A stretch of DNA of 64,000 bases, from the NCBI RefSeq assembly GCF_018977255.1, contig NW_024704742.1, positions 117,244,001 to 117,308,000 of the forward strand, given 5' to 3'. Below, in pieces: positions 1 through 13,196 of this stretch. Below the pieces are notes generated by a model that did not search any database, was not told the origin of the DNA, and saw only the letters and a program-made list of their open reading frames with translations. The position numbers and the translations under genes are program-made. Within the stretch, counting starts at the first letter, position 1, and every line of letters starts with the position of its first letter. The DNA is from Callorhinchus milii. Its lineage: Eukaryota.

Positions 1-70
1 CTTTTTAACCTGTAGGTGTCTGCACTATGGGCCTTAGCTCTTTATCTCAGTTCCTCTTAAAGTGTGTGTA

Positions 71-1053
71 CAACAACAACAAAATTACATTTATAGAGCG
101 CCTTTCACGTCGGGAGGAAGACCCAAAGCACTGGACAGTCAGGGTTCAGGACCCAAGCATGGGGGAGGGGTGGGGTAGGGGGAGGGAAGGCAGAGAGATG
201 GGAGGGTGACCGAAGGCACAATCGAAGAGGAGGGTCTTTAGACCGGCCTTGAAGGAGGCAAGGGAGGAAGCGAGGTGAAGGGACTGTGGGCTGGAGTTCC
301 AGAGTGTAGGGGCAGGGAGGCTGAAAGCCCGGTCACCGATGATAGAGCGGGTTGGACAGGAGACATGGAACAGGCAGGAGCCCGCTGAACAGAGGGAGTG
401 GGCAGGTTGGTAGGGAGTCAGCAAGTCAGAGAGGTAGGAGGGGGCAAGGCCATTGAAAGTGAGGACGAGGATCTTGAATTCGATCCTCTGAGGGATGGGG
501 AGCCAGTGGAGTCGGGCGAGGGTGGGAGTGATGGGGTCGCGGAGCCTGGTGCGCGAGAGTACACGAGCTGCATAGTTTTGACTGATCTGCAGCTTGTGAA
601 GGGAAGAGTTGGGAAGGCCGATGAGGAGGGAATTTCCATAATCAAGCCTTGAGGTGACGAATGCGTCGGTAAGGGTTTCGGCAGCCTGAGGGGTGAGGCA
701 GTGGTGGAGTCTGGAGACTGGCAATGTTGTGGAGGTGGTGGTAGGCAGTGCGAGTCATGGTGCGGATGTGGGGGAGAAAGGACAGTTCAGGGTCAAATAA
801 GACATCCAGGTTCCTGACTGGCTTAGTGAGGTTGAGTGTGCAACTGTGAAGGCTGATGCCCCCAATGTCCAAGGTGCGGAGGCGCTAGCGCGAGCCAATA
901 GTGAGGGACTCGGTCTTGCTGATGTTCAGCTGGAGAAAGTTGTCCCTCATCCAGGACTTGATGTCAGACAGGCAGCCGGTCAGGATCCCAGTAGTCCTGG
1001 AGTTGAGGGTGGAGGCAGAGAGATAAAGTTGGGTGTCATCTGCATACATGTGG
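71..1053 (-). mobile_element. 5'-truncated L2 LINE (subfamily A), RT C-terminus to 3' tail
   Basis: HMYADD at the 5' end, [11 protein letters not shown] and RLHWLPI motifs, hairpin plus (TTG)n tail; candidate TSD GTGTA at 66-70 and 1054-1058. Confidence 0.93.
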
Positions 1054-1326
1054 GTGTAAGCATGAGCTTGTAATTATTTCATGTATTTCTTTAAGGTTAG
1101 TTCTCATTTCTCTTCAGATGTGTTATGTTAGTTTGTAAGTGACAACCAAAGTGGTGTTTGAAATGAAAAATGAGACTCCAGTTAAAACCACAAATATTTT
1201 GAGACTTATAAAATATGTGAAAAGAGTTGTGTGGTCTGTTCATTCTTACAGCAGTAAAAGTTAAATCAGTGCACAGAGATCAAGCAGATCCTACAAGTTC
1301 CATTCATCTTTTATATATATATTTTA

Positions 1327-1438
1327 CCTACAAAATATACAGTCAATTCACTTTACAGTGTGTTCTGTGAAGCGCTTTGGGACGTCGTCCCGACGTGAAA
1401 AGCGCTATATCAAATGCAAGGATTATTATTATTATTAA
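1327..1438 (+). mobile_element. SINE 3' fragment with young L2-like hairpin tail
   Basis: cagtcaattcactttacag...agcgctttgggacgtcgtcccgacgtgaaaagcgctatatcaaatgcaagga(tta)n, as in the full copies at 50036 and 63705. Confidence 0.88.
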
Positions 1439-1524
1439 GAGCATGAGCACACCAAAGCAAACTTTGGATGTTGAGTGCAGTTATTGTTAAAATTTAATTT
1501 GCAAAGGAGGAAATAGCTTGCAAA

Positions 1525-2150
1525 AAGGGAAATTGAAAGAGATCTCGGGGTGTTAGTTGATTTATTGCTTATCATATCAAAACAGTAAGATGCAGCTTAT
1601 AAACAAGGCTAACCGGATCCTGGGATACATCAGTTGAGTTCAGATTCCCAAAAGTCACACTTGAGCTACATCGCTCTGTTCACACTGTACCTAGATACAA
1701 CATACAGTTCTGTCAGCTGCTGAATAAGGGGGCTGCCTAGGCCCCAGAGGCACTGCATAGGAGAGCAATAAAGGTGATCCCTGTGTTAGAGCAGTGAGCT
1801 GTGAAAAACAATCATAGTTAGGGTTCTTCAGTCTTGAAAAAAGTATTTCAGGGGGACCTAATAGAAGTATGCAAGATTTTAAATGGGATTGCTATAATAA
1901 ACCCAGAACAATACTTTTGGATGCACTGAGACAGCAATACAAGAGGCCACAGAATTAAGGGTGCAAAGGATAATTTGGCACCAGGAAATATTTCTTTATC
2001 CAGAAGCTAATTAACTGGAACATGTGGTTGAAGCCATAAACTGGACTTGTTCAAAAAAAACACGGCTTGATGCCGTGATGAGAAGACAGTAGGCTGGGTA
2101 TTCTGGAAGGATGAGATCAAATGGCTAAAAGGTCTTCATCCAAACGCACG
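1525..2150 (+). mobile_element. Degenerate CR1 LINE ORF2 C-terminus and 3' end
   Basis: Broken-frame motifs ERDLGVLVD, ANRILGYI, FFSLEK, GDLIEV, TRGH typical of CR1 ORF2. Confidence 0.8.
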
Positions 2151-2924
2151 TTGTGAGATAGCGCTAATTTTTCTTGTATTCCTGGTCTAAGCATGGAGGT
2201 TATACTTGCACAACAGCAATGCTTGTCAGGGCATGATTTTGTACAGGACTGACGACTGGCCACCTCTTCTCAGTTATGGTGGAAATGAATTCAGGCAGGA
2301 CATTGTCATCGTCCAATTCACTCATCGTTCCACCTTTGAATTGTATTGAATTCAGCAGCAGGACCTCTGATTGTTTTTCTGTATCCCTGTTAAACCGAAG
2401 CCTTCAGCAAACACTGCAGTGCAATATAAATGACTATTTAATGTAGCCTCCAGAACAAATTCCATCATGTCACTTTAGGCATGAAGAACAGGACTTAATA
2501 TTGTGACATGACTGTATAATGTCCCATCTTTGACAATTCTCCATTTTCTGGATCAAATGGATTATTCTTGCGGATCACTCATAGAATTGCTTTTAGGAGA
2601 AAAATCTGTAGGTTTCTTGGCTGCTGCACAGCTTGGTTCCTCTTTTGATACGAACACAGTGTCGTGCAGTGGCTGTCCTTACCAGACAATAGTGGTGCAT
2701 GTGGGTAGTTATTGGGCAGAATCTAAGTCAGGAAACGGATGTTGCTAATTCAGTTGGAGTTGAGATATGATTTTCAAAAACGCCGCTTGAGTACCGGTTA
2801 GTCACTAGATTCTAGTGAATCAAAATGTTATGTGGGGCAGTTACATATATGGATTTGTATTTGAGACTCTTTAGAGATCCTGATCTTGTTCTTGGTTTTA
2901 ATTGTTTACTGTACTATTAGCAGA

Positions 2925-3330
2925 CTGGTTCAGTTGGTAGCACATTCAACTCTGAGTCAGACAGTTGTGGGTTTGAGTTCTAAGATGACACCCAGTGCAG
3001 TGGTGTAAGGGGGAGGGGTGTGCTACATTAAACATTAAACCAAGGACCCATCTGCCTGTTTGGATAGACATTAAAGATCTTATTGCACTATGTGGTAAGA
3101 GAAGGGAGCTTCTTCCTGAGTCTTGACCAAAAATCCCCAGATAAAATTGATCATTCACTTCATGGCTGTTTGTCAGTCAACACTGTATGCAAATTGACTG
3201 CTGTGCTTGCTTAGAAAACCCACAATCACTACACTTTACAATAAATCCTGTAAATCCTGTAAAGTGCTTCAAGACTGTTTTAAATATGCGATATGGAGCA
3301 ATTTCAAAGGAAAGGATTACTTATTATTGT
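2925..3330 (+). mobile_element. Old Deu-domain SINE (SacSINE1/AmnSINE1-like)
   Basis: tRNA-like head (gagtcagacagttgtgggtttgag), Deu core (ttaaaccaaggacccatctgcc...aaagatc...gcactat), L2-like tail. Confidence 0.72.
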
Positions 3331-3932
3331 ATTTAAAAAGGAAAATGAAATCGATTTAGAATCAACCTGCATATATATACAGTGCTGCATTTCACGTAAA
3401 AGAACATCCAAATGACATTGAAACTGCAGCAGTCATCAGATGAGTAAGTGCGTCTGTCTGTCCCCACTTGTCTATGTGCACAAAACAAATTTCTGATAAC
3501 CCCTGAACTGAACTAAATCTGTGGTGCTTTGCAATGACTCAGGTGGAATATAGAAATGCCCAATGCCCTTTGAGGTTAACCTCTTGCTGATGTGTACATA
3601 TTCATGTGATTACATGTTAGATTCTCCTATCTGGAGGCCTTTCTGTTCCTGTATTTTTTGTTTTTTTGTTACCTTGATTGTTGATCGCCAATTGATTTGA
3701 GTGATTTTCCTTGTGGGTTTAAATGTTATTTTATTATTTTTTTGAAAAAATTGGGTGAAGTCCAGAACGGTTTCTTGCAATTCTTAAAAAGAACTAGTTT
3801 CCAAATTGAAGGCTGAATTAAATTTTCCACAATTCTGCACTATTTTAAGGTGAAATAGTCTTGCAAACAGAATTTTATGGTTCTGGTGCCTCATGGAAGA
3901 CACCATTAGCAATACTATAGGATAACTTTCGG

Positions 3933-5410
3933 CAACAACAACAACAAGATTCCATTTATAAAGCGCCTTTCACGTCAGGAGGACGTCCCAAGGCGCTGCA
4001 CAGTTGGGTCATGACCCGAGCAGGGGGGAAATGGTCAGGGGAGGGGAGGGAGGAGGAGGGGGGAAATGGTCAGGGTGAGGGGAGGGAAGGGAGGGAGCGA
4101 GAAGGGGGAAGAGAGTCGAGAGGGGAGCTGAAGGCTCGGTCAAAGAGAAAGGTTTTGAGACCGGCCTTGAAGGAGGAAAGGGAGGAAGCAAGGCGAAGGC
4201 ACTGGGGGATGGAGTTCCAGAGCCTGGGGCTGAGAGGCTGAAGGCCCGACCACCGATGGTAGGGCGGTTGGGGCGGGGGACGTGGAGCAGACCGGAGCCA
4301 GAGGAACGGAGGGTACGGGCAGGTAGGTAGGGGGATAGTAGGTTGGAGAGGTAGGAGGGAGCAAGGCCGTGAATGGCCTTGTAGGTGAGGATGAGGATCT
4401 TGAAATCAATCCTCTGGGGGATGGGGAGCCAGTGGAGGCGAGCGAGGGTGGGAGTGATGTGGTCCCGAAGCCTGGTGCGGGACAGTACACGAGCTGCAGA
4501 GTTCTGAATGACCTGCAGCTTGTGGAGGGAGGTGGCGGGAAGGCCGGCGAGGAGAGAGTTCCCATAGTCCAGCCTTGAGGTGACAAAGGCGTGAACCAGG
4601 GTTTCAGCAGCGTGAGGGGTGAGGTAATGCCGTAGTCTGGCGATGTTCCGGAGGTGATGGAAGGCGGTGCCAGTTGTGGTGCGGATGTGAGGGAGAAAGG
4701 ACAGCTCAGGGTCGAACAAAACGCCGAGGTTCCTGACTGGCTTTGAGAGGTGGAGAGTGCAGCCTTGGATGCTGATGGTGTCAGCGCCTGAGGTGCGGAG
4801 GCGCTGACGTGAGCCAATCAGGAGGGCCTCGGTTTTTCGCACGTTGAGCTGAAGAAAGTTGTCTCTCGTCCAGGACTCGATGTCGGACAGGCAGGCTGTC
4901 AGGACATCGGTGGTCGTGGAGTTGAGAGTAGAGGAGGAAAGGTAGAGTTGGGTGTCATCCGCATACATGTGGAAGTTAACTCCATGTCTGCGGATGATGT
5001 CACCAAGGGGGAGCATATAGAGGGTGAAGAGGAGGGGACCGAGGACAGAGCCCTGAGGGACACCACATGAGACAGTACGGGGGGTGGAGGAGAAGCCATT
5101 CGTCGAGACAAAGTGAAGACGGTGAGAAAGGTACGACCTAAACCACTCAAGGACAGTGCCTTGAAGGTTGAGGTGGGAGGACAAGCGGTGGAGTAGGATA
5201 GCGTGGTCGACCGTATCGAATGCTGCCGATAGGTCGAGGAGGACGAGGAGGCAGAGGGAGCCCTGGTCACAGATGGTCAGGATATCATTGGTGACCTTGA
5301 CCAGGGCAGTTTCTGTGCTATGGGCAGCACGGAAACCTGACTGAAGGGGTTCGAAAAGAGAATGGGTGGAAAGGAAAGAGCGCAGTTGGGAGGCGAAAAC
5401 TCTTTCCAGG
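3933..5410 (-). mobile_element. Young 5'-truncated L2 LINE (subfamily A) with RT domain
   Basis: ORF 4009..5478 has [42 protein letters not shown]; (TTG)n tail at 3933; near-identical to 59121-60610. Confidence 0.97.
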
Positions 5411-5481
5411 AAAAGCAATGGTATAAAGGCCTGACGTACATTAAAAACTACCAGAACATAACTTTGCCTGCAAATCAAAGA

Positions 5482-5615
5482 ATCATAGAATTATACAGCA
5501 CAGAAGGAGGCCATTCGGCCCATCATGTCTGTCTCGGCTCTTTGAAAAAAGCTATCCAATTCAATTCCACTCCCCCGCTCTCTCCCCATAGACCTGCAAA
5601 CTTGTCCTCTTCGAA
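5482..5615 (-). mobile_element. CR1-type 3' end fragment
   Basis: catagaattatacagcacagaaggaggccattcggcccatc motif; related remnants near 10250-10480, 25420-25600 and 31830-31925 (-), and 14860-15105, 41115-41235, 47200-47455 and 50780-50875 (+). Confidence 0.7.
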
Positions 5616-6180
5616 TAATTATCTATGCTCAATAAATACACAACTGTCACAATCAATACACAATTATCTATACGCAGTAAATACACAATAAATTATATGA
5701 AGTGCTTTTTCATGCATTGAAGTGCTGACACATTCCGTCAGTGTGATTTAAAAACGCTATATCAAATCGAAAGTTTATTAAATTGCCGTGAAAAAAATTA
5801 CATACAAATACCATATACGTGTTTAACACAAATCTCCGCCAGTACATCAAGTACCACTGCTAGAGCTCTTACTTTAAGTGTGAGGTATTCACTTGTTCTG
5901 AATGGATGCCTGCAGTTGATAGGTATCACTCAACAGTATGATGCAACATCCTTTTGAGACAGTAAAGTGTTTGAATGAGTAATGTGTCAGAAGCCAATAG
6001 GATTTCTATGCATTTTTGTACTGTTTTTACATTATTTGAAACCCAGGCTAGGGATTCTCAATATGATGGAGACTGCAAGGTAAAGCATTAAAATTAACTG
6101 TCAGTCACCGATCGCAATCAAATTAACATCGAATTTAAGAGCTTTCTACAATTCTGCACAGTCTGAACATTTTAAGATGA

Positions 6181-6445
6181 AATAATAATAATAATCCTTG
6201 CATTTGGTGCAGTGCCTTTTCATGTCGGAAGGACGTCCTAAAGCGTTTTACAGGAAATTATTGTGAAAATGGAGTGGTTGTTTATTTGTAGGCAACTGTG
6301 GAAGCCTAGTAGCAAACAGCAATGTCCCACTATCAGCCGTGAAACAAATGATTAATTTTATTTGGGGGGATTGTTGGCTAGGACCGGGAGAAACTCCCTT
6401 CACTTATCGAATACTGGTATGCGATCTTTAATGTCCACTGAAAAA
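6181..6445 (-). mobile_element. Deu-domain SINE, partial
   Basis: (AAT)n-ccttgcattt tail followed by Deu core on the reverse strand. Confidence 0.75.
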
Positions 6446-8382
6446 ACTACAGGTCATGCAGGCTAAAACTAGTTGGGATTTTGGATCTCAAACTTGAGCA
6501 AATCCGTTCTGGCCCCCTTAAAGTTAATCACTCTCAAGTCAGAGGGCTTACATTTGTCATAAAGGCGCAGACATGAGGCTGGGGTGAGGAGGAGTGAATA
6601 TGGATACAGAGTCTCTTTTCTTAATAAAAAAAATGCTTCACAACGATTCCTCTGGTGGTATCATAAGGGAGCTTTTTCTTTGGCTGCTTCTGACTCTCTT
6701 GAAAACCTGCTGGGTCCACATCTCTCCAGCTGAGCAGAAGAGACTGCTGACGTTGCTCGATGGGGTGACATTGTAACTGGACGAAGTGTATCGATCTTTC
6801 ACCCTTAAAAATAAAATATTTAACTTTCAATCTGGATTTACTTTGTGGCATTTTTCAACTGGTGTTTTAATCCCATTCGAATTCCGACAACCTATGGGAG
6901 CTCAGCGCCAGACATGGCATTCTCACAGTTAACAGGAGTTCCGGTTTACACAACTCCGATTCCTTATTTGAGAATCCCAATGAGAAACGCTGTAAATTCA
7001 ACTCCATTGTTTGTGGCCTCTTGTATTTGACTGTTTTATTGTTGTACTGTGTAAGTTATGGGTAAATTCTGAATACTTACTGGACAGTTAGGAAAAGTAA
7101 TAAATAATAATGCCTGCATTCGCTATAGCATCCAAACCAGACCAGATGCCTCCAAACGCTTCACAGGTATTACTGTAAAGTGTAGTGACTGAATTTTGTA
7201 GAGCTACAATGCTTTCTTTGAATACGTTTTGATTTTTCAAGGTTGACTGATCTGGGAGAGAGGAATATTAAAAACTGTTAGTCGTGAACGCAGGGAGGTA
7301 TTGCATTCCCTTGTTCTTCCCTCCAATAAAATTTTTCTTTATGGTCTCACATATTTCAGTATAACTTCATTTATTGTCCCTTTGAGTCACTTGATATAAC
7401 ATTATACAGCAATACTTTACAGCCATAATACTGCCAGTAATGGAAGTAGTAATGTAAATAGCAAGGCCTATTGCACACAATACTGTGATATGAAAACCAA
7501 CAGGAACATATTAAGTATGTGCAGACCTCACGAATTTTGTCTACACTTTCTGTTTATTGTATTTAAACAATAGTAGCCATGAAGTGAATTACTGTGAAGT
7601 GGAGTGACTGTGCATTTATAGGCATATTATTCGAAAAGAGAAGGAACTTTTCCTAATATTCTGGCCAACAATCCCCCCCAAATAAAACTGGTGGTTGATT
7701 CATGGCTGAAACAGTGGTGGCTATCAGTGATCAGATCACATGGAAGGCGGATAGTTTATAACACGAGCAGCCAGCTAATCATTGCTGGAAGCTATCCCCA
7801 AATAGTATAAACGAACCTGCACTAAATCAGGGTGTCTTATAACGTGGGGTCACTCTGAACAAATTTACTGTACTTGTGTTTCCAGAGTGAAGCTTCGCAA
7901 CTGTTGTTGTCAGATTTAGTTTTGTGCATAATGCATGGCTTTTGCTGCAAAATAATTTCTGCTTTGGATATAACCATCTGTAATTGTCTATTGCTTCAGG
8001 TAGGGAAATAACTTCAAAATTTCTTTGAATAGATTTGGCTTCAATCCAGATAGTACTGTTTGAAAAGAATAGTCATCCGGTGTTACTGTAAGTGTGTTTA
8101 TTGTTGCTGTATTGTAAAATTTTAATGTATTTGCAATATTTTGGGGCAAAATTGGGAACATTTTAGCTAAATTGTCTTTAATATATAACAAAAAAACTCC
8201 AGTGGAGGAAATTACCATAAGGAATAATAGTGGAGTTGGGATTTGCACTTTGTTTTTGTTTTTAACCCAAATTGAAAGAAACTATGTTTTTATTGAAATC
8301 ATCTGATCACAAAACTAATTACAATAGCTGCTGAAATAAAACCTTGGTGGTGGGATACTGGCGAATTGGATCTTGGGCTGGA

Positions 8383-8676
8383 TAATAATAATCCTTGCAT
8401 TTGATATAGCACCTTATCACATTGTGAAGACATCTCAAAGCGCTTCACAAGATATATTGTAAAGTGGATTGACTGTATTTTGTGGGCGAAATGTGGCAGT
8501 CAGTTCCACACACCAATGTCCCACAAACAGCCATGGAATGAGTGACCAATTTCATATGGGAGATTGTTGGCCAGGGCACTGGGAGTAATTCCCTTCTCTT
8601 TTCGAATAGTGCCATGGGATCTTTAATGTCCACCTGAACAGGTGGACAGGACTTTGGTTTAATGTCCCATCTGATG
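8383..8676 (-). mobile_element. Deu-domain SINE, 5'-truncated
   Basis: Tail plus tcgaatagtgccatgggatctttaatgtccacctgaacag Deu core. Confidence 0.82.
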
Positions 8677-9142
8677 GATAAATTCAGAGTTAATCGAAGC
8701 ATGTTGTCCCAAGAGCTCCTGAGACTTGGCTGTATTTTCCTGTTATAACTTGTTATAAACAAGGAGGCTGGACAGAGTAAACTCCTATGGGGAAGTTACT
8801 ACAGGCTTTACTTGTCGAGGAGTTGTCATGGTTTTTGATTTTAAAGTTTTTCATCTTAAACCACATCACGGTAAGAATGGGGTGCACCCAAGAGTGAGAT
8901 GAATATAGAAGTAACTGAATGCACAGCTCAAAAGATCTGTCTTTAGAATTGACTTGGAAGAAGAGAGAGGTAAAGTAAATATTTATTGGGGAGATGGTGT
9001 GGTGGCTCAATGCTTGTGCTCCGGGGGTGGACTGGAGTTAGTGAGGAGTGAGCAGCAAACAGGAGTACGAGGCTATATGCTGGAAAGATTGCACAGAGCA
9101 TGTGGAATTTGAAAATGTGGATGAGAGTTTTGAAAAATATCC

Positions 9143-9368
9143 ATTAGCAGTAAGTAGGAACTCAGTTATTAGTCGCTTTCTGGGGATAATAATCCGTCAA
9201 AAATAATTGGTCACTCAATTCACGACTGTTTATGGGACACTGCTGTGTGCAATTGGCTGCCACGTTTTGTCCACAAAATACATAGTCTTTACAGTATATT
9301 TTGAGCAGCACTTCGAGATGTCTCAACAATGCGATAAGGCGCCATATCAAATGTAAGTATTATTATTA
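9143..9368 (+). mobile_element. tRNA-SINE (long form, headless) within an old L2-like remnant (about 8985-9480, -)
   Basis: agcagtaagtaggaac... body and (TTA)n tail matching the 21750 copy. Confidence 0.78.
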
Positions 9369-10681
9369 TCATCCAGTGAGGGATAAATAATGAGTGGACG
9401 TTGACAAGGAGGAAATATTGGAAGTGCAGGACTAGCTGTGGAGTTCACATAGTGAGGGAGACCAGCAAACAGTCTACGGTAGTGACTTTCTGGATACTCC
9501 CGGACTGATGCTAAACTGCTCTTACCAACGTCTTAACTTTTTCTGTTGGTGAAGGGCGTTAAATTTTATGGTCAGTTTGTCAGTTGAACACGCCATGATA
9601 AACAGTATAGCCCTCATTTTGTGGTTATAAACTGCACCTGCTATTCCTTTAGCAACAGGAAGTAACATCTAATGTCTTGAGCCTTAGTCATTGAACTGAC
9701 ATAAATTTACAGCAGCGTTGGCCACATCCAGTTTTACTTCCTTTTTTCTCTGTAAGGAACTTTGGAGTTAGTCTTCATTAAACAAAAATCATCAGAGTTC
9801 AGTTCTGGTGTCTGTAGCATTCACAGATCCTTAGTCCTAATAAATTACACTTCAGTTCATTTTGAGTCCAATTGCTGACAACCTTTCTCCTCCCCTGATG
9901 GCACAGACTCTTTCGCCAATTGGTGCACTTTCTGCCACAGAGTCACACCCGAGTTTGAGTTTCAGGATCAGGTTCAATGTTGACATGATTTCAGTGTCTA
10001 TGCTTTTGATGATTTATATTGATTACTGAACCTGTAGAATTACATTGTGAGCCTCAGACTAGAGCTATACAGCTAGGCCCACACTGCTCTTACCTGCCCT
10101 GCCCCATTGGTCTAAGGGAAGCGGGACTCTCCACATACATACAACTCCACTGGACATAGATTAATCATAATAAAGACCTAGTAGTACCACAGATTTCAAA
10201 GTTCAAAACTTTATAAGGGCCCAGAAACTTGAAAAACAGAAGGTTTGCATTAGAATTATCGAATGTTGCAGCACAGACTTAAGCCATTTGGCCTATTAAA
10301 TCCCTTGCTGGTATATTACTTCAAATGAATCACCTCGTCTAATCCCATGGTCTTGCTCACTTTCTAGATTTCTCTTTTTTTAAGTATCTACCACAATCCC
10401 TTTTGAAAGGATTTCTGTACTTTGCTTCAACAATGGTTTAACAATAAGAGAAAGAAGTCCTCAAACCAACCACCATTCTACATTCCAACCACTGTAGTGG
10501 ATTCTGAGGGAATTCATTTGTCTGGTGTTTCACAATGCTTCCTTGAATTGACCTTAAATACAGGGTATCCACAGGTACAAAATGACTATTGCATTGAATG
10601 TGGTATAATTGGTTATCAGTTGTTAGAGATTTCATAGAAGGTTTCAGTTTGTAAATAGCCTATTTGGCCATCAAGTTTGTT

Positions 10682-10852
10682 GCCGTGCCTTCACCTCCCC
10701 TCTCGACTCCCTACCCCCTTCCTGCTACCACCCTTCCCTCCCCTCACCCTGACCATTTCCCCTCTGCTCGGGTCCCGACCCAACTGTCCAGCGCCTTGGG
10801 ACGTCCTCCCGACATGAAAGGCGCACTATAAATGCAATCTTGTTGTTGTTGT
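10682..10852 (+). mobile_element. L2 subfamily A 3'UTR and tail fragment
   Basis: ccctcaccctgaccatttcccc...agcgccttgggacgtcctcccgac...(ttg)n. Confidence 0.88.
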
Positions 10853-10884
10853 TAGTCTATTTCTCCACATAATCTAACCCCTCT

Positions 10885-11822
10885 CAGCTGCTTTCTCCTG
10901 TTCAATACGTTCAACATAGTCGATCACGCCATCTTCCTCAACCGCCTATTTCCCTCATCCACTTTAGTAGAACTGTACTCGCATGGTTCGAGTCCTACGT
11001 AACAAACTGTCAACAATACATCTCGGCAAATGTTTTTTCCTCCTGCCCCCACCTAGTCACCTGCGGGGTACCTGAAGGCTCCTTCCTTGGCCCACTTCTT
11101 TTCCTTATCCACATGCTCCCTCTTGGCGATGTTGTCCACAGTTATGGGGTCAACTTCCACATATGTGCAGCTGACACCCAAATCTACTTCTCCTCCAGCT
11201 GCAACTCTCTTCTGATGTCCTGTCAGCTTGTTTGACTGACATCAAGGCCTGGATGAGCACAAACATCCTGCAGCTGAATGATGGCAAGATGGAAGCCATG
11301 CTCTTCGGCTCCCATCAGTGTCTTCTCTCCTGCTGGTCTGAACTCCTCAACCTCCCCAGACTCTCCCTCAGATTCACTGAACCCGTGCACAACTTAGGCA
11401 TCAGGTTCAATCCACAGCTTTCCTTTCTACCACATATCCATTCCCTGACCAGAATCGCTTTTTTTCACCTCTGCCACATTGCCCACCTCCGTCTATACTT
11501 CACAATAAACAAAACCGAAAGCCTTTGTCACTTTCCGCCTGGACTATTCCAATTCCCAGCTCCACCGTACACAAAATTCAATCAATCCCAAACTCCGCGG
11601 ACTCATACTGATCCACACAAAACTCCGTACCCCCATCATACCAGTCCTTGCCAGGCTCCACAGGCTCCCAAATGCCGAACGGATTGATTTCAAGATCTTT
11701 TCACTCATGTACAAATTCCTTCATGCCCTCGCACCTCACTACCTATACGACCTGCTTACCCCCTGCTCCACCACCCGCTACCCTGCGTGAAGAGCACTAC
11801 ATAAATGCAAGTTGTTATTGTT
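10885..11822 (+). mobile_element. Degenerate L2 (subfamily B) RT region to tail
   Basis: VDHAI, GVPEGS.LGP and DIKAWMSTNILQLN motifs with frameshifts; ends ataaatgcaagttgttattg. Confidence 0.88.
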
Positions 11823-12924
11823 TTGACATTGACTGTGGTCTTTGCTGAAAGTCAGGGTTCAGTTTTAGTTCTCGTCTTAGAGCTGTGTTAATAACGCAGC
11901 TGTGCTACGGTCTTGGATTGAGGGACTACATTTATAACTTCCTTTTAAATCAAACCTGCATCCAGCTGTTGAATGTGGTGTGCTGATATTGTTGGAAAAA
12001 ATAATACATTACTTAACTTAATTGCATTAATCGTGTGTTAGAGAGAGAGAGAGAGACTTTGAGCTCCCTGGCTGATACTCCAGCGCAGCACTTTGATACA
12101 GTGAAACATTGTCAGCACTAATATTAAATACAAGGCTTATTATTATAACAGAAATGCATTGGTTGGTGGGTTAATCTATTGAGAGATAAATCATCTCTTG
12201 CTCAAGTGTCTGATATTGGGAACTTTTGTTCTCTTTCATGCTTGGGAGTTTTGAATTCAACCCAGACTGATGGATGAAAGTCTACACGCGGCTTCATGAT
12301 TTTAGTTAATTCTGTTTGGGATGGGCCTCAGTACAAAATAGCCCATAATTTGGCACAGATTCAGCCATTTCAGAGGGCCCATATGGAAGACTGATGTGAA
12401 AAATGGAAACATACCTCATGCTGACTTTGGATAAAGAATGGAAAGTGGTTTCATTTTATTTTGAATTCTGAGAGCTCTCCTCATGAAATCCACAAATATT
12501 CCAAATATTAAACAATGTTGATCAAAAATGAGTGTGTTACCATCATTGCACCTCTTGCCTTATTCTGCTTTATACACTGAATTTTTTTTCTTACAAAAAA
12601 CAAATTGCAGTAATGGGTTCCTTTTAGGGGTAAAAGCACTGGGTATCACGCATGGAACTATAGCAATAGGCAAGACACTCCCTGGGTCCATCAACCAGCA
12701 CCTATCAAGCAAGTGACTTTGAATCCGTTAAGTAAATGCACTGTGTACAGTAACAAACAGCATGTGTTCTGAACGGTTATGGCTCACATTTGACTTATAG
12801 GTCATTGCAAGGACATTTGTGCCTGCGGAAACCACTGTTGATTTGTACCTCTGACAATATAATTTCACAACAGAAATATGACAATGGTACAGTGCCACCC
12901 CATTATAGTGCCTCCCATCTTACA

Positions 12925-13196
12925 GCTTGCAGCACTGGTGGGAGAGCCTTCAGCCACTCTGCCCCCAACCTCTGGAATTCCATCGCCCAATCACTCCGCG
13001 TCGCCCCCTCCTTAGCCTCCTTCAAGTCCTGCCTCAAGATCCATCTCTTCTACCATGCCATCGGCCAACCCCCTTCCCCTCCCCTTCTCCCCCCCTGACT
13101 CCAGCTCGGGTCTGAAATGCTGCAAACTGTCCAGCGCCTTGGGACGTCCTCCCCACCTGAAAGGCGCTTTACAAATGTAACCTTGTGTTGTTGTTG
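12925..13196 (+). mobile_element. L2 3' fragment
   Basis: GGRAFSHSAPNLWNSI, hairpin and tail; same variant as 38831-39037. Confidence 0.87.

Noticed and set aside
4140..5270. Ser/Pro-rich ORFs (e.g. 4140..4817, 4899..5270, 59341..60018)
   Set aside because: Alternative-frame or antisense shadows of L2 ORF2.
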